Positions 19,772-30,590 of a stretch of 64,000 nt of DNA are shown one piece after another. The notes beneath the pieces are model-generated. The model worked only from the letters and a program-made list of their open reading frames with translations. It was not told the DNA's origin and ran no database searches. This DNA is from an uncultured Planctomycetaceae bacterium. GTDB lineage: Bacteria > Planctomycetota > Planctomycetia > Isosphaerales > Isosphaeraceae. Within the stretch, counting starts at the first letter, position 1. Each line of letters begins with the position of its first letter. The stretch covers positions 5,024,001-5,088,000 of the forward strand of contig CAWIAD010000002.1 of NCBI GenBank assembly GCA_963833985.1, read 5' to 3'. Made by a program: the position numbers and the translations under genes.

Positions 19772-20749
19772 TCATCCCCTGGTGCGGGGAAGGACGCTGT
19801 AGACCGTCTTGAGAAGGTCGGCAGATGACCATTTGTTTCTCTGGGTCCCCACTTCCAGCCGCACCAGGCGGCCTTGCGGATCGATGACCGCCGTGCAAAG
19901 GTTATGAATGATTTCATCCTTACCGGGGCCGTAAACGAGCCCAAGCGGCCCGGCGACCCTTGCCAGCTCGTCGTGTGCGGCGCTCGCGAAACTCCAGAGT
20001 GGAGGCGTCGCCCCCCGGATCCGGGCATGCGTGCGGAGGATCTCCGGCGTATCATGCTCGGGGTCAAACGAGATCGACACCAGCCGGATCTTCTCGGCCC
20101 GGGCGGGGAACGCCGCAATCGACATGGCCAGGTCGGCGAATCGCCGGTCCATGGCGGGGCAGAAATCGGGCAGCGGACAGCGGGTATAGATGAACGTCAG
20201 TACCAAGACCTTACCTCTCAGGTCCGAGAGCTTGTACACCTGTCCGTCCTGACCGGTCAAGCGGAAATCGGGCACCAGGTCTCCTACCTCCAGCCGCTTC
20301 GGGCCGGGCCGGAGTCCAGGCCGATCGCGCGACAGGTCCAGCACCAGGGGCGGTGCGGGCGCAACAGCCACCACCCTCAGATCGACCAGCTGGTAATCCC
20401 TGGTCGTGCCGTTCTCCTGCTCGACGCGGAGCTTCCCTTCCACCTGATCGCCGGGCCGAAGATCATCCAGAACGGCCGGATCGCCGATCCGGAACGGCAT
20501 CGTCATCGCTTCCATGAAACCGGGAATCGCCTCGTGGCGGATGATCGCCTCCTTCGTTGCCTTCTCGACCCTCTTCACCTCTCCCCGCAGTACATATTCC
20601 TTCACGGCCGGGGCTGCCTGAGCTTTCGCCGGCTCGGGCGAGACGTCTCGCCGGGCCGAACATCCCCCCGGAGCCGCGCACAACAAGGCGATCATCCAGA
20701 CCCGCGCCCGCAGCATCGAGCGCCGGTGTGGCGTGCGGCGGTCGCGCAT
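19772..20749 (-). CDS. SCO1/SenC family protein with N-terminal CusF-like copper-binding domain; start uncertain
   Basis: HEAIPGFMEAMTMPF, YTRCPLPDFCP, SFDPEHDTP, IIHNL. Confidence 0.88.
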   Translation of the reverse strand: MRDRRTPHRRSMLRARVWMIALLCAAPGGCSARRDVSPEPAKAQAAPAVKEYVLRGEVKRVEKATKEAIIRHEAIPGFMEAMTMPFRIGDPAVLDDLRPGDQVEGKLRVEQENGTTRDYQLVDLRVVAVAPAPPLVLDLSRDRPGLRPGPKRLEVGDLVPDFRLTGQDGQVYKLSDLRGKVLVLTFIYTRCPLPDFCPAMDRRFADLAMSIAAFPARAEKIRLVSISFDPEHDTPEILRTHARIRGATPPLWSFASAAHDELARVAGPLGLVYGPGKDEIIHNLCTAVIDPQGRLVRLEVGTQRNKWSSADLLKTVYSVLPRTRG

Positions 20750-20812
20750 GGAGAGCAAAGCGAACGCGACTGACCCGGCTGATTCCATCGATCCGGTCCC
20801 CCGAACGCATGC

Positions 20813-21586
20813 TTAAAAAGGAAAGTGTTCGTCGAGCGGGCTGCGCGCGAGCTCCCTCAGGAACGCGGCGATGCGCTGGCTCACCAGCTCAGTGACCGCC
20901 TCGCCCTTGGCGGCGGTCGCTGCACGAGGATCTCCCGAGCCCGAGTTGGTGGTCAGCAGGTGCCAGGGCCGGGTCAGCTCCACCCATCCTTTCTGCACCG
21001 CCGTGAACCGGCTGGAGCGAACGGTTCCGGCGTCGGCCTCCGCGAGTGCGACCAGGTCCGGGAAGTGGGCCAGTCCCATGCTGGTCTCCATTTCTCCGGC
21101 GTGGTCATCCTTGCACTGAAAGATGGTTTCGTAGCCATCGGCGGCAACCTTGTACCAGTTGCACAGGAAGAGGTGGACCGGAGTGGCCCGGTGAAGCTCC
21201 CGGAGGACCCACTTCAGGTCATTCCCGCCGTGCCCATTGAGCAGCAGGCACTTGAGGACTCCGTGTGTCGCCAGCGAGTCGACCAGGTCCGTGATCACCC
21301 GGCACAGGGTCGAGGGACTCAGGTTCATCGCCAGGGGAAAGCCCATCTGGTTGGTTTCCGTGCCGTAAGGAATGCTCGGCAAGACCAGCACCCGCGCACC
21401 CTGCTCGCTGGCCAGGGCCGCGGCGCGGCTGGCAATGGTCTCGACCTGGAACGTGTCGGTCCCGTAGGGGAGGTGGAGGTTGTGCGGTTCCGTCGCTCCC
21501 AGGGGAAGCACCGCCACCTCGTACACAGGGTTCGACTTGACCCGGCCGTAAGTGATATCCGCGAGCCGCCAGGGTTGCATGGGCAT
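20813..21586 (-). CDS. Creatininase family amidohydrolase
   Basis: GATEPHNLHLPYGTD, NGHGGN, DHAGEMETS. Confidence 0.92.
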   Translation of the reverse strand: MPMQPWRLADITYGRVKSNPVYEVAVLPLGATEPHNLHLPYGTDTFQVETIASRAAALASEQGARVLVLPSIPYGTETNQMGFPLAMNLSPSTLCRVITDLVDSLATHGVLKCLLLNGHGGNDLKWVLRELHRATPVHLFLCNWYKVAADGYETIFQCKDDHAGEMETSMGLAHFPDLVALAEADAGTVRSSRFTAVQKGWVELTRPWHLLTTNSGSGDPRAATAAKGEAVTELVSQRIAAFLRELARSPLDEHFPF

Positions 21587-21850
21587 TTCCTTGTCCAGAA
21601 AAAGGCATGGACCGGCCGCGCCGGCTGGAAGTCCGGTCCGGCTCGACCCTTGCCCCGATCGCTCCGGGAGTGCCTGGCCGTTGACCGCAAGGCCAGTCGT
21701 GGCCGTCACTTTCCTACCAGCGCAGGTGCGGCCGTGGACCGGCCGCCAGGACCATTGCTCGGGGTGGGGTGGTCCGTATAGGATCGGGGGGCGGGCGTTG
21801 CTGGCCACCAACCGCTCCTCTTGGTCCGTTATCCTGGGATTGACCCGCCA

Positions 21851-23080
21851 ATGCAAGCCTTCGAGGCGACAAGTCTCTATTTTGACCAGGCCGCCAAGCT
21901 GCTCGGGCTGACCGACAACATCCGGACCCTGCTTGTGACCCCCGACCGCGAGGTCCGGGTCGAGGTCGTCATCGAGCTGGATTCCGGAGCAATCGGCAAC
22001 TTCATCGGCTACCGCGTCCAGCACGACAACGCGCGCGGCCCTTACAAGGGCGGACTGCGCTACCATCCCCTGGTCGATCAGGACGAGGCTCGGTCGCTGG
22101 CCAGCCTGATGACATGGAAGACCGCGCTGGTGGACCTGCCCTACGGGGGAGCCAAGGGAGGGATCAACTGCGACCCGACCAAGCTGTCGCGCGGCGAGAT
22201 GGAGCGCCTCACGCGCAGGTTCATCGAGAAGATCCACGACATGATCGGGCCCTTCAAGGACATCCCCGCTCCCGACATGGGAACAGATGCCCAGGTCATG
22301 GCCTGGATCATGAACGAATACGGCAAGTTTGAGGGGTTCCACCCGGCCTGTGTCACCGGCAAGCCCGTGGAGTTCCACGGCTCCGAGGGGCGCGAGGCTG
22401 CCACGGGATACGGCGTCGCAATCGTGACTCGCGAGCTGCTCTCCCGGCTGGGCCGGTCGATCGCCGGCTCGACCTTCGCCATCCAGGGCTATGGCAACGT
22501 CGGCAGCCACACCGCGCGATATCTCTGGCGGCAAGGGGCCAAGGTCGTGGCCGTCTCCGACGCCTACGGCGCCGTGGTGAACCGCGCGGGACTGGACATT
22601 GCCGAGCTTGACCGGCACGTTGCCGTGAGCCGGAAGGTCGTCGGCTTCAAGGGCGGAGAGCCCGCCACCAACGACCAGCTCTTGCTCCTGCCGGTGGACG
22701 TCCTCATCCCCGCGGCCCTGGGCGGGGTCTTCGACAAGGAGATGGCGGCTGCCGTCCAGGCCGGCCTGGTCGTCGAGGCCGCCAACAGTCCCACGTGGCC
22801 CGAGGCCGACGAGGTGTTCAACGCGCGCGGCATTCCGGTGGTCCCGGATATCCTGGCCAACGCGGGCGGCGTGATCGTCAGCTACTTTGAATGGGTCCAG
22901 AACCTCCAGCACTTCCGCTGGCCGCTCGAACAGATCCACCGCGAGGAAGAGAAACGCCTGGTGGACGCCTTCGGCGAGATGTACGAGCTGTCCCAGCGCA
23001 AGCAGATCTCCATGCGAACCGCGGCGTTCTACCTGGCCATCACGCGCGTCAGCCGGGCCCATGCGCTGGGCGGAATGTGA
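21851..23080 (+). CDS. gdhA: Glu/Leu/Phe/Val dehydrogenase (glutamate dehydrogenase)
   Basis: RGPYKGGLRYHP, GGAKGG, PAPDMGT, QGYGNVG, ANAGGVIVSYFEW. Confidence 0.93.
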   Translation: MQAFEATSLYFDQAAKLLGLTDNIRTLLVTPDREVRVEVVIELDSGAIGNFIGYRVQHDNARGPYKGGLRYHPLVDQDEARSLASLMTWKTALVDLPYGGAKGGINCDPTKLSRGEMERLTRRFIEKIHDMIGPFKDIPAPDMGTDAQVMAWIMNEYGKFEGFHPACVTGKPVEFHGSEGREAATGYGVAIVTRELLSRLGRSIAGSTFAIQGYGNVGSHTARYLWRQGAKVVAVSDAYGAVVNRAGLDIAELDRHVAVSRKVVGFKGGEPATNDQLLLLPVDVLIPAALGGVFDKEMAAAVQAGLVVEAANSPTWPEADEVFNARGIPVVPDILANAGGVIVSYFEWVQNLQHFRWPLEQIHREEEKRLVDAFGEMYELSQRKQISMRTAAFYLAITRVSRAHALGGM

Positions 23081-23127
23081 TTCGGCCCGGAAACGTGAGA
23101 CTCACCAGATTTGACAGATGTTTTTTC

Positions 23128-24558
23128 ATGTCACAATACGAAACGTACGATAATCCCCTGATCGTCCGCTATGCCAGCCGGCGCATGGCGAGGCTGTGGT
23201 CCCCCCAGGTCAAGTTCAGCACCTGGCGGCGGCTCTGGGTCGCTCTGGCCGAGGCCCAGCATGCGCTCGGGTTGAACATCACGCCATCGCAGATCGAGGC
23301 GCTGCGGGCGCAGGTGGACCACATTGATTTCGCCGCCGCCGAGGCCTACGAGCAACGGTTCCGGCACGATGTGATGGCCCACATCCACGCCTACGGAGAC
23401 GCCGCCCCCGAGGCGCGGCCGATCATCCACCTGGGCGCGACAAGCTGCTTCGTGACCGACAACACCGACCTGATCCTGATGCGGGAAGCGCTCGATCTGT
23501 TGCGCGGCCAGCTCGCTCGCGTGATCGACGACCTGGCGCACTTCGCCGTGCGGTGGAAAGACCTGCCGTGCCTGGGGTACACCCACTTCCAGCCGGCCCA
23601 GCTGGTGACAGTCGGCAAGCGGGCGACGCTCTGGTGCCACGAACTGGTCCTCGACCTCGCCGAGGTCGAGCGCCGGCGATCGGAGTTAGCCTTCCTGGGA
23701 GTCAAGGGGACGACGGGCACGCAAGCCAGCTTCCTGGCGCTGTTCGGGGGTGACGACGCGAAGGTCGAGGCGCTGGACCGCAAGGTCGCCTCGGCTTTTG
23801 GCTTCGAGAAGACGTGTACGGTCTCGGGCCAGACGTATTCGCGGAAGATTGATTCCCAGGTGGTCGGGGCCCTGGCCGGGCTGGCCGAGAGCGCACATCG
23901 TTTCGGGACGGATCTTCGCCTGCTCGCTCACGAGCGTGAGCTCGAGGAGCCCTTCGAGGCCGAGCAAGTTGGCTCATCGGCCATGGCGTACAAGCGCAAT
24001 CCCATGCGAGCAGAGCGTTTATGCTCTTTGGCAAGATTCTTGTCGGCCTTGCCGGCCGCAGCCGGCCAGACGGCCGCCACGCAATGGCTGGAACGCACGC
24101 TGGACGATAGTGCGGTTCGCCGCCTGGTGCTTCCGCAAGCATTCCTGGCGGCTGACGCCCTGCTGAAACTTTATGCGAACATCGTTCCGGGCCTGATTGT
24201 CCATCAAGCGGTGACCGCCCGGCACGTGGCCGAGCAACTGCCGTTCATGGCGACCGAGAACCTGCTCATGGCGGCCGTGGCGGCCGGAGGCGATCGCCAG
24301 GCGCTTCACGAGCGGATCCGCGTGCATTCCCTCGCGGCCGCGGAGCGGCTCAAGGCGGGCGCCGCAGAGAACGACCTGATCGACCGGCTGAGGGAAGATC
24401 CCGCTTTTCCTGCCGTCGATTTCGCCGCGATCACCCATCCGGCCCGGTTCGTGGGGCGATCCGCACGTCAGGTCGATGAGTTCGTGGCCGCCGAGGTCGA
24501 GCCGATCCGCCTGCGCCACCTCCGGGAGTCGTCTCCCGCGGAGCAGGTTTGCGTCTGA
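23128..24558 (+). CDS. purB: Adenylosuccinate lyase
   Basis: RHDVMAH, HLGATS, THFQPAQ, GSSAMAYKRNP. Confidence 0.95.
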   Translation: MSQYETYDNPLIVRYASRRMARLWSPQVKFSTWRRLWVALAEAQHALGLNITPSQIEALRAQVDHIDFAAAEAYEQRFRHDVMAHIHAYGDAAPEARPIIHLGATSCFVTDNTDLILMREALDLLRGQLARVIDDLAHFAVRWKDLPCLGYTHFQPAQLVTVGKRATLWCHELVLDLAEVERRRSELAFLGVKGTTGTQASFLALFGGDDAKVEALDRKVASAFGFEKTCTVSGQTYSRKIDSQVVGALAGLAESAHRFGTDLRLLAHERELEEPFEAEQVGSSAMAYKRNPMRAERLCSLARFLSALPAAAGQTAATQWLERTLDDSAVRRLVLPQAFLAADALLKLYANIVPGLIVHQAVTARHVAEQLPFMATENLLMAAVAAGGDRQALHERIRVHSLAAAERLKAGAAENDLIDRLREDPAFPAVDFAAITHPARFVGRSARQVDEFVAAEVEPIRLRHLRESSPAEQVCV

Positions 24559-24662
24559 CCACCGGGATGACCGGTTCCCGCCCGGCGAGCGCGATTCGTG
24601 CGCGTGGCGTGACCCGGAAAACGCGATGGCGGGCCAGCCGCCTGGCCGGAAACGCGACGAGA

Positions 24663-24857
24663 TCAGACCCGGGACGTCTGGTGCTGGCGCGCCTTACGCA
24701 ACCGCTTCAGTTCCTCGCGACGGCGCCGCTCGCTCGGCTTCTCATAGTAGGCCTTGCGCCGCATCTCCTTGCGTAAGCCACTTCTCTCGCACAACTTGCG
24801 GAAGCGTCGAACCGCTTCCTGGATGGACTCGCCAGCCCGCACCCGTAACTTCACCAC
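24663..24857 (-). CDS. rpsU: 30S ribosomal protein S21
   Basis: [23 protein letters not shown]. Confidence 0.95.
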   Translation of the reverse strand: MVKLRVRAGESIQEAVRRFRKLCERSGLRKEMRRKAYYEKPSERRRREELKRLRKARQHQTSRV

Positions 24858-25189
24858 AGTCGCGTTCTCTCTTTCCTTTCCAGGGTCAGCCGGAATCGAT
24901 CGAGCGCCAGGCGGCGGCCGACCAGCCTGTTACGGCCCTCGATCACGGCGGTAATCGCTGAAGTCGCCGATTCCTCGGTGAACAGAGGATTGTACCACCA
25001 CGGCCACCGCGATTCACGCACGAACCGGCAAGGAATGACGAGAATATCAGGGACGGGCAGCGCTGCCAAGGGGCGATACGGAGACGCCGGGGCTTTGCTT
25101 CTCCGGATCCTGTCCGCTGCCCCCTCACCCTGATATCCAGGCACGGCGGGGCGGGGAGGGGGCGACTCTTGCTCGATGAGGCTGGCGCA

Positions 25190-25387
25190 TCAGACGCCAG
25201 CGGTCGCCAGGGCCTGGCGGACGGGGCCGCTGCCGGTTTTTTCCAGGATCTCCTGCCGGAACACCTTGATGTGACCGGGCGCGTCGATGCCCAGGCGGAC
25301 CTGACCACCCTCGATCTTCACCACGGTCACGACGATGCCGCCATCAATCACGATCTTCTCGTTCAGCTTACGGCTCAAGACCAGCAT
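25190..25387 (-). CDS. csrA: Carbon storage regulator
   Basis: MLVLSRKLNEKIVI...QVRLGIDAP..VFRQEI; AAGGAGG RBS. Confidence 0.93.
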   Translation of the reverse strand: MLVLSRKLNEKIVIDGGIVVTVVKIEGGQVRLGIDAPGHIKVFRQEILEKTGSGPVRQALATAGV

Positions 25388-25517
25388 GGTTTCCTCCTTG
25401 CTCAGGGTAGAACGTCTTGTCCTCAGTGTGCGATTCTTTCGCAGCTTCCCGATTCCACGCCTTGCCTGCCGGCCTTCCTGGCGTTGCGAGCGGTGCCGCG
25501 AACTGAAATGAATGAAT

Positions 25518-25535
25518 ATGCACGCGCGATGCCAA
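25518..25535 (-). promoter_or_regulatory. Sigma54-type -24/-12 promoter for csrA
   Basis: TTGGCATCGCGCGTGCAT (GG-N10-GC). Confidence 0.55.
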
Positions 25536-25823
25536 CGTCAAATCCTCGTGTGCGGATCGATCCCAGATCCTTTGCCATAAACGACTTGTGCCAGAAGAAG
25601 GATCCCCCGTGAAGACTGCCGCTTTGATTCATGGATACAGAACTTGAGACAATTCTTCCCAAAATTCCCTTTCGCTGCGGAAAAAGGGAACGATCGGGAG
25701 ACTCCTGCCCCCGGGATAGCCAGAAACGGGCAGAGCGAGTACCATGTGGGCGGCCACGACGATCCGCGGGGCCCTGGCGGAGAGCCGGCTCAGTGGTCCG
25801 AGTGATTCTGCTGGGAGGGGATT

Positions 25824-26309
25824 GTGTTCCGCGTGGGCCTTGGCCACGACACCCATCGGCTGGAGGAAGGACGTCCGCTGATCCTGGCCGGCGTGCGGAT
25901 CGAGCATCCCAGGGGCCTGGCCGGCCATTCCGACGCGGATGTGGTCTGCCATGCCGTGGCCGATGCGCTGCTGGGGGCAGCCGGTCTGGGAGATATCGGC
26001 GAACACTATCCCGACACGGACCCCCGGTGGAAAGGGCTGGACAGCACGCGGCTCCTGGCCGATATCGTGGAGAGGCTTTCCGTTTCGGGCTGGACCGCGG
26101 TCAACTGCGACGTCATCGTGCACGCACAGGAGCCGAAGCTCGGACCGCACAAGGCGGCCATGCGCACCCGCCTGGCACACCTGCTGCGGCTCGCCGAGAC
26201 GGCGGTCAACATCAAGGCCAAGACGGGCGAGCGCGTCGGGCCCGTTGGCCGGGGCGAGGCCATCTGCTCGCACGCCGTCGTGCTGATCCAGCAGCGAGAG
26301 ACCGGATGA
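25824..26309 (+). CDS. ispF: 2-C-methyl-D-erythritol 2,4-cyclodiphosphate synthase
   Basis: GLGHDTH, GHSDADV, GDIG, NIKAKTGE. Confidence 0.95.
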   Translation: MFRVGLGHDTHRLEEGRPLILAGVRIEHPRGLAGHSDADVVCHAVADALLGAAGLGDIGEHYPDTDPRWKGLDSTRLLADIVERLSVSGWTAVNCDVIVHAQEPKLGPHKAAMRTRLAHLLRLAETAVNIKAKTGERVGPVGRGEAICSHAVVLIQQRETG

Positions 26310-26377
26310 GGTGCGGGACTTCGGCTGCGGTTCGTATCATGAGCGCCCCGTCGATACGTTGGAAATGACGAGCTTCC

Positions 26378-27857
26378 ATGCCATTACGAGTCTATAACAC
26401 GCTGACCCAGACCAAGGAGCCGTTTCATACCGTCGTGCCCGGCAGTGTTGGCATGTACGTCTGCGGGCCGACCGTCTACTCCAAGAGCCACATCGGCCAC
26501 ATGGTCGGGCCGGTCATCTTTGATACGATCAAGCGCTACCTGGTTTACCTGGGCTACCGTGTGACCTGGGTTGTGAACATCACCGACGTCGATGACAAGC
26601 TGATCGTCCAGGCCCGGAACGACGGCACGACGGTCCGCGAGCTGGCGGAGCGGGTCACGCGGGACTATCTCGACTGCCTGGAGGCGCTGGGGGTGGCTCA
26701 GGGTGAGAGCGGGATCGACGCCATGCCCCGCGCCACCGAGCATATTGCCGAGATCATCACGATGATCGCGGGGCTGATCGACAAGGCCTTCGCTTATCCC
26801 TCCGGCGGCGACGTTTACTTTGATGTGACACGGGCCGCGGAATACGGCAAGCTCAGCCACCGCGATCCCGAAGAGCTGGTGGCCGGCGCCCGGGTCGAGT
26901 CGTCGAGCCTGAAGCGCAATGCCGGCGATTTCGCCCTCTGGAAAAGCTCCAAGCCGGGCGAACCGTCCTGGGAAAGCCCGTGGGGACCGGGCCGGCCCGG
27001 CTGGCATATCGAATGCTCGGCCATGAGCATGAAATACCTGGGCCCGCACTTCGACATCCACGGCGGCGGGCTCGATCTCGTCTTTCCGCACCATGAGAAC
27101 GAGGTGGTCCAGTCCGAGTCGTACACCGGCGTGACGTTCGCCTCGTACTGGCTGCACAACGGGCTCCTGACCAAGGACGGCAAGAAGATCTCCAAGTCGG
27201 ACCCGGGTACGGTCGTCCTCATGAGCGACCTGCTCGAGGCGCACGCGCCAGACACGCTGCGGGCACTGCTGCTCTCCAGCCATTATCGCCGGCCCATCGA
27301 CTATGGCCCCACACGGCTCGAGGAACTCGAGCGCGGGCTGCAAACCTTCTACCGCGCGTTCGAGCGGTTCGAGGAGCTCACCGGAACGTCGTTCTATGCG
27401 CTCATCCCGCCGGCGCCGGGAGGAAGCACCCGGAGACCCCGGGCTGCCCGTGGATGTGGCCGAGCATCGCCAGCGGTTCCTGGAAGCGATGGACGACGAT
27501 TTCAACACCGGCGCCGCTCTCGGTGAGCTCTACGACGTCGCGCACGCCGTGAACCGGCTCGCGGCCTCTCCGGCGGTTGCGGGCGGCGAAACGTCGCAGT
27601 ACGCAGCCGCGATGGCCGTGCTGCGCGAGCTCAGCCAGATTCTTGGTCTCTTTCGTCAGCCGGCCGGCCGGCCACAGGTGCAGGGTGACGCGCTTTCCGC
27701 GCCCTTGATGGAGCTTCTGCTGGAGCTGCGCGCGCGGCTTCGCAAGGAGAAGAACTTCGCGCTGGCCGACGAGCTTCGCAGCCGACTGTCCGCGCTGGGG
27801 GTGGTGCTGGAAGACCGTCCGGATGGAACGCGGTGGAGGATCGAGCCGCGGCGTTGA
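26378..27857 (+). CDS. cysS: Cysteine-tRNA ligase; frameshift near 27420
   Basis: YVCGPTVY, HIGH, PGWHIECSAM, KISKS; anticodon domain MDDDFNT...FALADELR lies in the shifted frame. Confidence 0.95.
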
Positions 27858-27901
27858 CAGGCAGCCGGCTTCCCTTCGCGGGAAGCAAGGAGTGTGCAGG
27901 G

Positions 27902-28483
27902 ATGGCCCTCCGTTTATGCGAATCTGAGCCCGACTTCGAGCGCGAGCGAAAACGCGCGGCGGACGGGCCACCGATCGTCGCCGGCCGCGTGCTTGGCGTG
28001 GACCCCGGGCTCACGGTCACCGGCTACGCGCTGGTCGAGCCGTCTTCTCAAGGTCCTTACGTCCTGGAGGCCGGCGTGATACGGCCTCCCATTCCGACCG
28101 CCGCGCTGGGCCAGCGGCTGGCCTACCTGCATCAGGGCATCGAGGAGGTGCTGGACGCGTTTTGCCCGGCATCGCTGGCCCTCGAGCGAGTCCACAGCCA
28201 CGTGAAGCATCCCCGCACGTCCATCCTGATGGCGCACGCCCGGGGAGTGATCGTGCTGGCGGCGGCCGCGCGGGGCATCCCCGTTTTCGGTTACGCCGCG
28301 ACCCGGGTCAAGAAAACGCTTACCGGGAGCGGCCGGGCCCCCAAGCCGCAGATCCAGCACGCGATCATGACCGAGCTTCGTCTGCCCACGCTTCCCGAGC
28401 CGCACGATGTCGCCGACGCCTGCGCGCTGGCGCTCTGCCATTTTCAGGTGGGCCGCAACACCCGGGGCCTGCCGGGATTCTGA
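27902..28483 (+). CDS. ruvC: Holliday junction resolvase
   Basis: LGVDPGLTVTGY, ARGVIVL, GSGRAPK, DVADACALALCH. Confidence 0.93.
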   Translation: MALRLCESEPDFERERKRAADGPPIVAGRVLGVDPGLTVTGYALVEPSSQGPYVLEAGVIRPPIPTAALGQRLAYLHQGIEEVLDAFCPASLALERVHSHVKHPRTSILMAHARGVIVLAAAARGIPVFGYAATRVKKTLTGSGRAPKPQIQHAIMTELRLPTLPEPHDVADACALALCHFQVGRNTRGLPGF

Positions 28484-28589
28484 GTCAGAACTCATGGCGC
28501 CGGGAACCGATCCGGCCGTCGCGATTTGCGGGGGCCTCGTGTTCCCGGCGGCTTGATGCGTCTTGCGCTCCGGAGTTCATGTCTCAGTC

Positions 28590-30163
28590 TCAGGCACGCT
28601 TCCGGAAGGGTGCGGATCTGTGGTTGGCGGCCAGCCGGACGCGAACCGGGTGAACCACGCGCAGCGCGGGCCTGGCCGCGCGGGCGTACCTGAGCACCGG
28701 GCCTCCCGAACCCGAACCCGTGCCACTGCTGGCGACCACACTTGTCGGGCGAGTGTACCTGAGCACCGGGCCTCCCGAACCCGACCCCGTGCCACTGCTG
28801 GCGATCAAGAAGTAACTCAGATGCGAACTCTGGCCTCTCGCCGAGGTCAGTACCGGGCCTCCACTGCCACTTCCCGTCTTCTGTGTTGAGCCGCTGTAGT
28901 TCCCGAAGCTGCCTGCGTAGTTGACCTGGCCGCCCGGAGAGGCCTGGAGCTGACGGTACCAGGCCATGGATCTGGGATTTGAACGAATGACATTCACATA
29001 ATAATAAACCTCGGACCAGGTCGGCATGCGGCCGAAGAGCCTCTCGTATGCGCCACGACTTCACGGGCATGGTCTCCCTGGGGCAAGGCATACTCGAGCG
29101 TCGAGGCGATCGACTGCGCCCCGACGACGTGCAGGGTGTTTGACGCCAGATCGTTCATGAGCAGCTGCGCAAGGCTCGAGTTCGACACCGTGCCCAGCGC
29201 ACTCTGTGTCTGCGAAATGCTCTGCTGGTTCGTGGAGATCGTTGTTGTCAGGTAAGCCAGTTCGGCCTGGGGCAGGTTGCCGAGATTGAGTGATGAAAGG
29301 AACTGGGTGGCAAGCTGCGCGTCGCCCGGCTGGAGCCCGGCGGAGATTGGCGTGTTGGTGGCCGCGGCGATGCCCTGAAGCTGGAACATGCTCTGCGCGT
29401 GGTCGTTAATCACCTTGTTCGCGAAGGGTTGCAAGGTGGCGATCGCGCTCTGGTATTGCGATTGCGACTGTCCGGAGGCGATCGCGCTGGTCACCTCGGA
29501 CATGTAGCGCTCCAGCCAGCCGCTGGAAAACGAAGTACTGAGGATCTGTGCATCACTGGAGGAGAGCGTCTGCGGCCCCGCGGCCGGCGGCGTGCTGGGG
29601 TTGATGGCCGTGGGCCCGGAAAGCAGGCTCTCGGCGAGGCTCAGGTGCAGTTGCAGGACGGGAAGCTGAGTCGCCAGGAAGCTGTGGAAACCGGGGTCGC
29701 TGGTCGCGCTGAGCTGCTGCGTGAAGGTGGCAATCGCCTGCTGGTGGTTTTGCACCATGAGCGTCAGGAAGGTGTGGTCCACGTTGGCCGAACCCTGGGT
29801 GAGCATCATCTCCAGCGCCGAGCCGGCCAGGGACTGGTCTCCCGAGACGGGGCCTGCGGGAAGCACCACACCCTGTGAGCTAGCCAGCGTCTGGAGCTGG
29901 TACCCCGCCTCGGTATGGTCGCGCAGCAACAGCGCCGCGTACTGCGAGACATTGGGGTTGGTGCCAAGCAGCATGTCGGTCTGGGCCAGGAGCAGCTCCA
30001 GGTTGTTTGCCGAGGCATCCTGCTGCATGGCCTGCGTGTCGGCTGTGCTCGTTGGCGTGCTCGAGCCGCCGCCGGGCACTTCGGGGTAGAGTGGCACGGC
30101 GGTCAGCAATGCACGATTCTCAAGTGAATCGAATTGCAGCCGGAAAGAGTTCTTGCGTCGCAT
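28590..30163 (-). CDS. Secreted protein: LEPRxLL-like signal, two DUF4142 (ferritin-like) domains, DUF4214-like domain, GS-rich repeats; frameshift near 29052
   Basis: LQFDSLENRALL; LLRDH...MVQNH...LQLHL and a second, degenerate copy; shifted frame continues AYERLFGRMPTWSEVYYYV...LQASP. Confidence 0.7.
28686..28875. repeat. 69-bp-period coding repeat (SSGTGSGSGGPVLRY x2 plus one degenerate copy)
   Basis: 28686-28735 vs 28755-28804 near-identical. Confidence 0.85.
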
Positions 30164-30335
30164 GGGAGAGCCCCTGACTGTCGGCCAGAGCTTCCCGCGC
30201 GCACTCCATGCGGGTTCCGTGGCGCTGCCGGGAGCAGGCCGTGCGGTGTTCAACGTGGAGTGATCGTGGGAATCGGCCCTTGCTCGGAATCTGGTTGCTG
30301 GCACGTCACGCGACGGCCGGGTCGACAGCGAAGTC

Positions 30336-30351
30336 CGCAACAGTGATGCCG
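30336..30351 (-). promoter_or_regulatory. Sigma54-type promoter for the DUF4142 gene
   Basis: CGGCATCACTGTTGCG (GG-N10-GC with TTGC). Confidence 0.5.
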
Positions 30352-30590
30352 TGCCTTCTCGAAAAGCTTGAAGGGGATTCGGCCGAGATTCCGCGGCCTG
30401 ATCGGTGCCGCTTGCGCGGGTTCGTGCTCGTACGAGAAACAGGCTGCGCCATGATTCAAAGCAAATGAAGATCCCTTAACTTGTTAAAGCAGGCTCATGC
30501 GACCGGGAGTGTGATACCGCCGGTCTCTCCCCGCCCTGAGGACGGGGAGAAGAAACGGCGATCTCGTCGCGTACCAGGCTGCGATCCCGC

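Noticed and set aside
20813..23062. 749-aa creatininase fusion
   Set aside because: The N-terminal part is antisense to gdh; the real start is near 21586
30520..30560. Hairpin tctccccg...cggggaga (similar one at 25121-25162)
   Set aside because: Could be a terminator or degenerate REP; too short to classify
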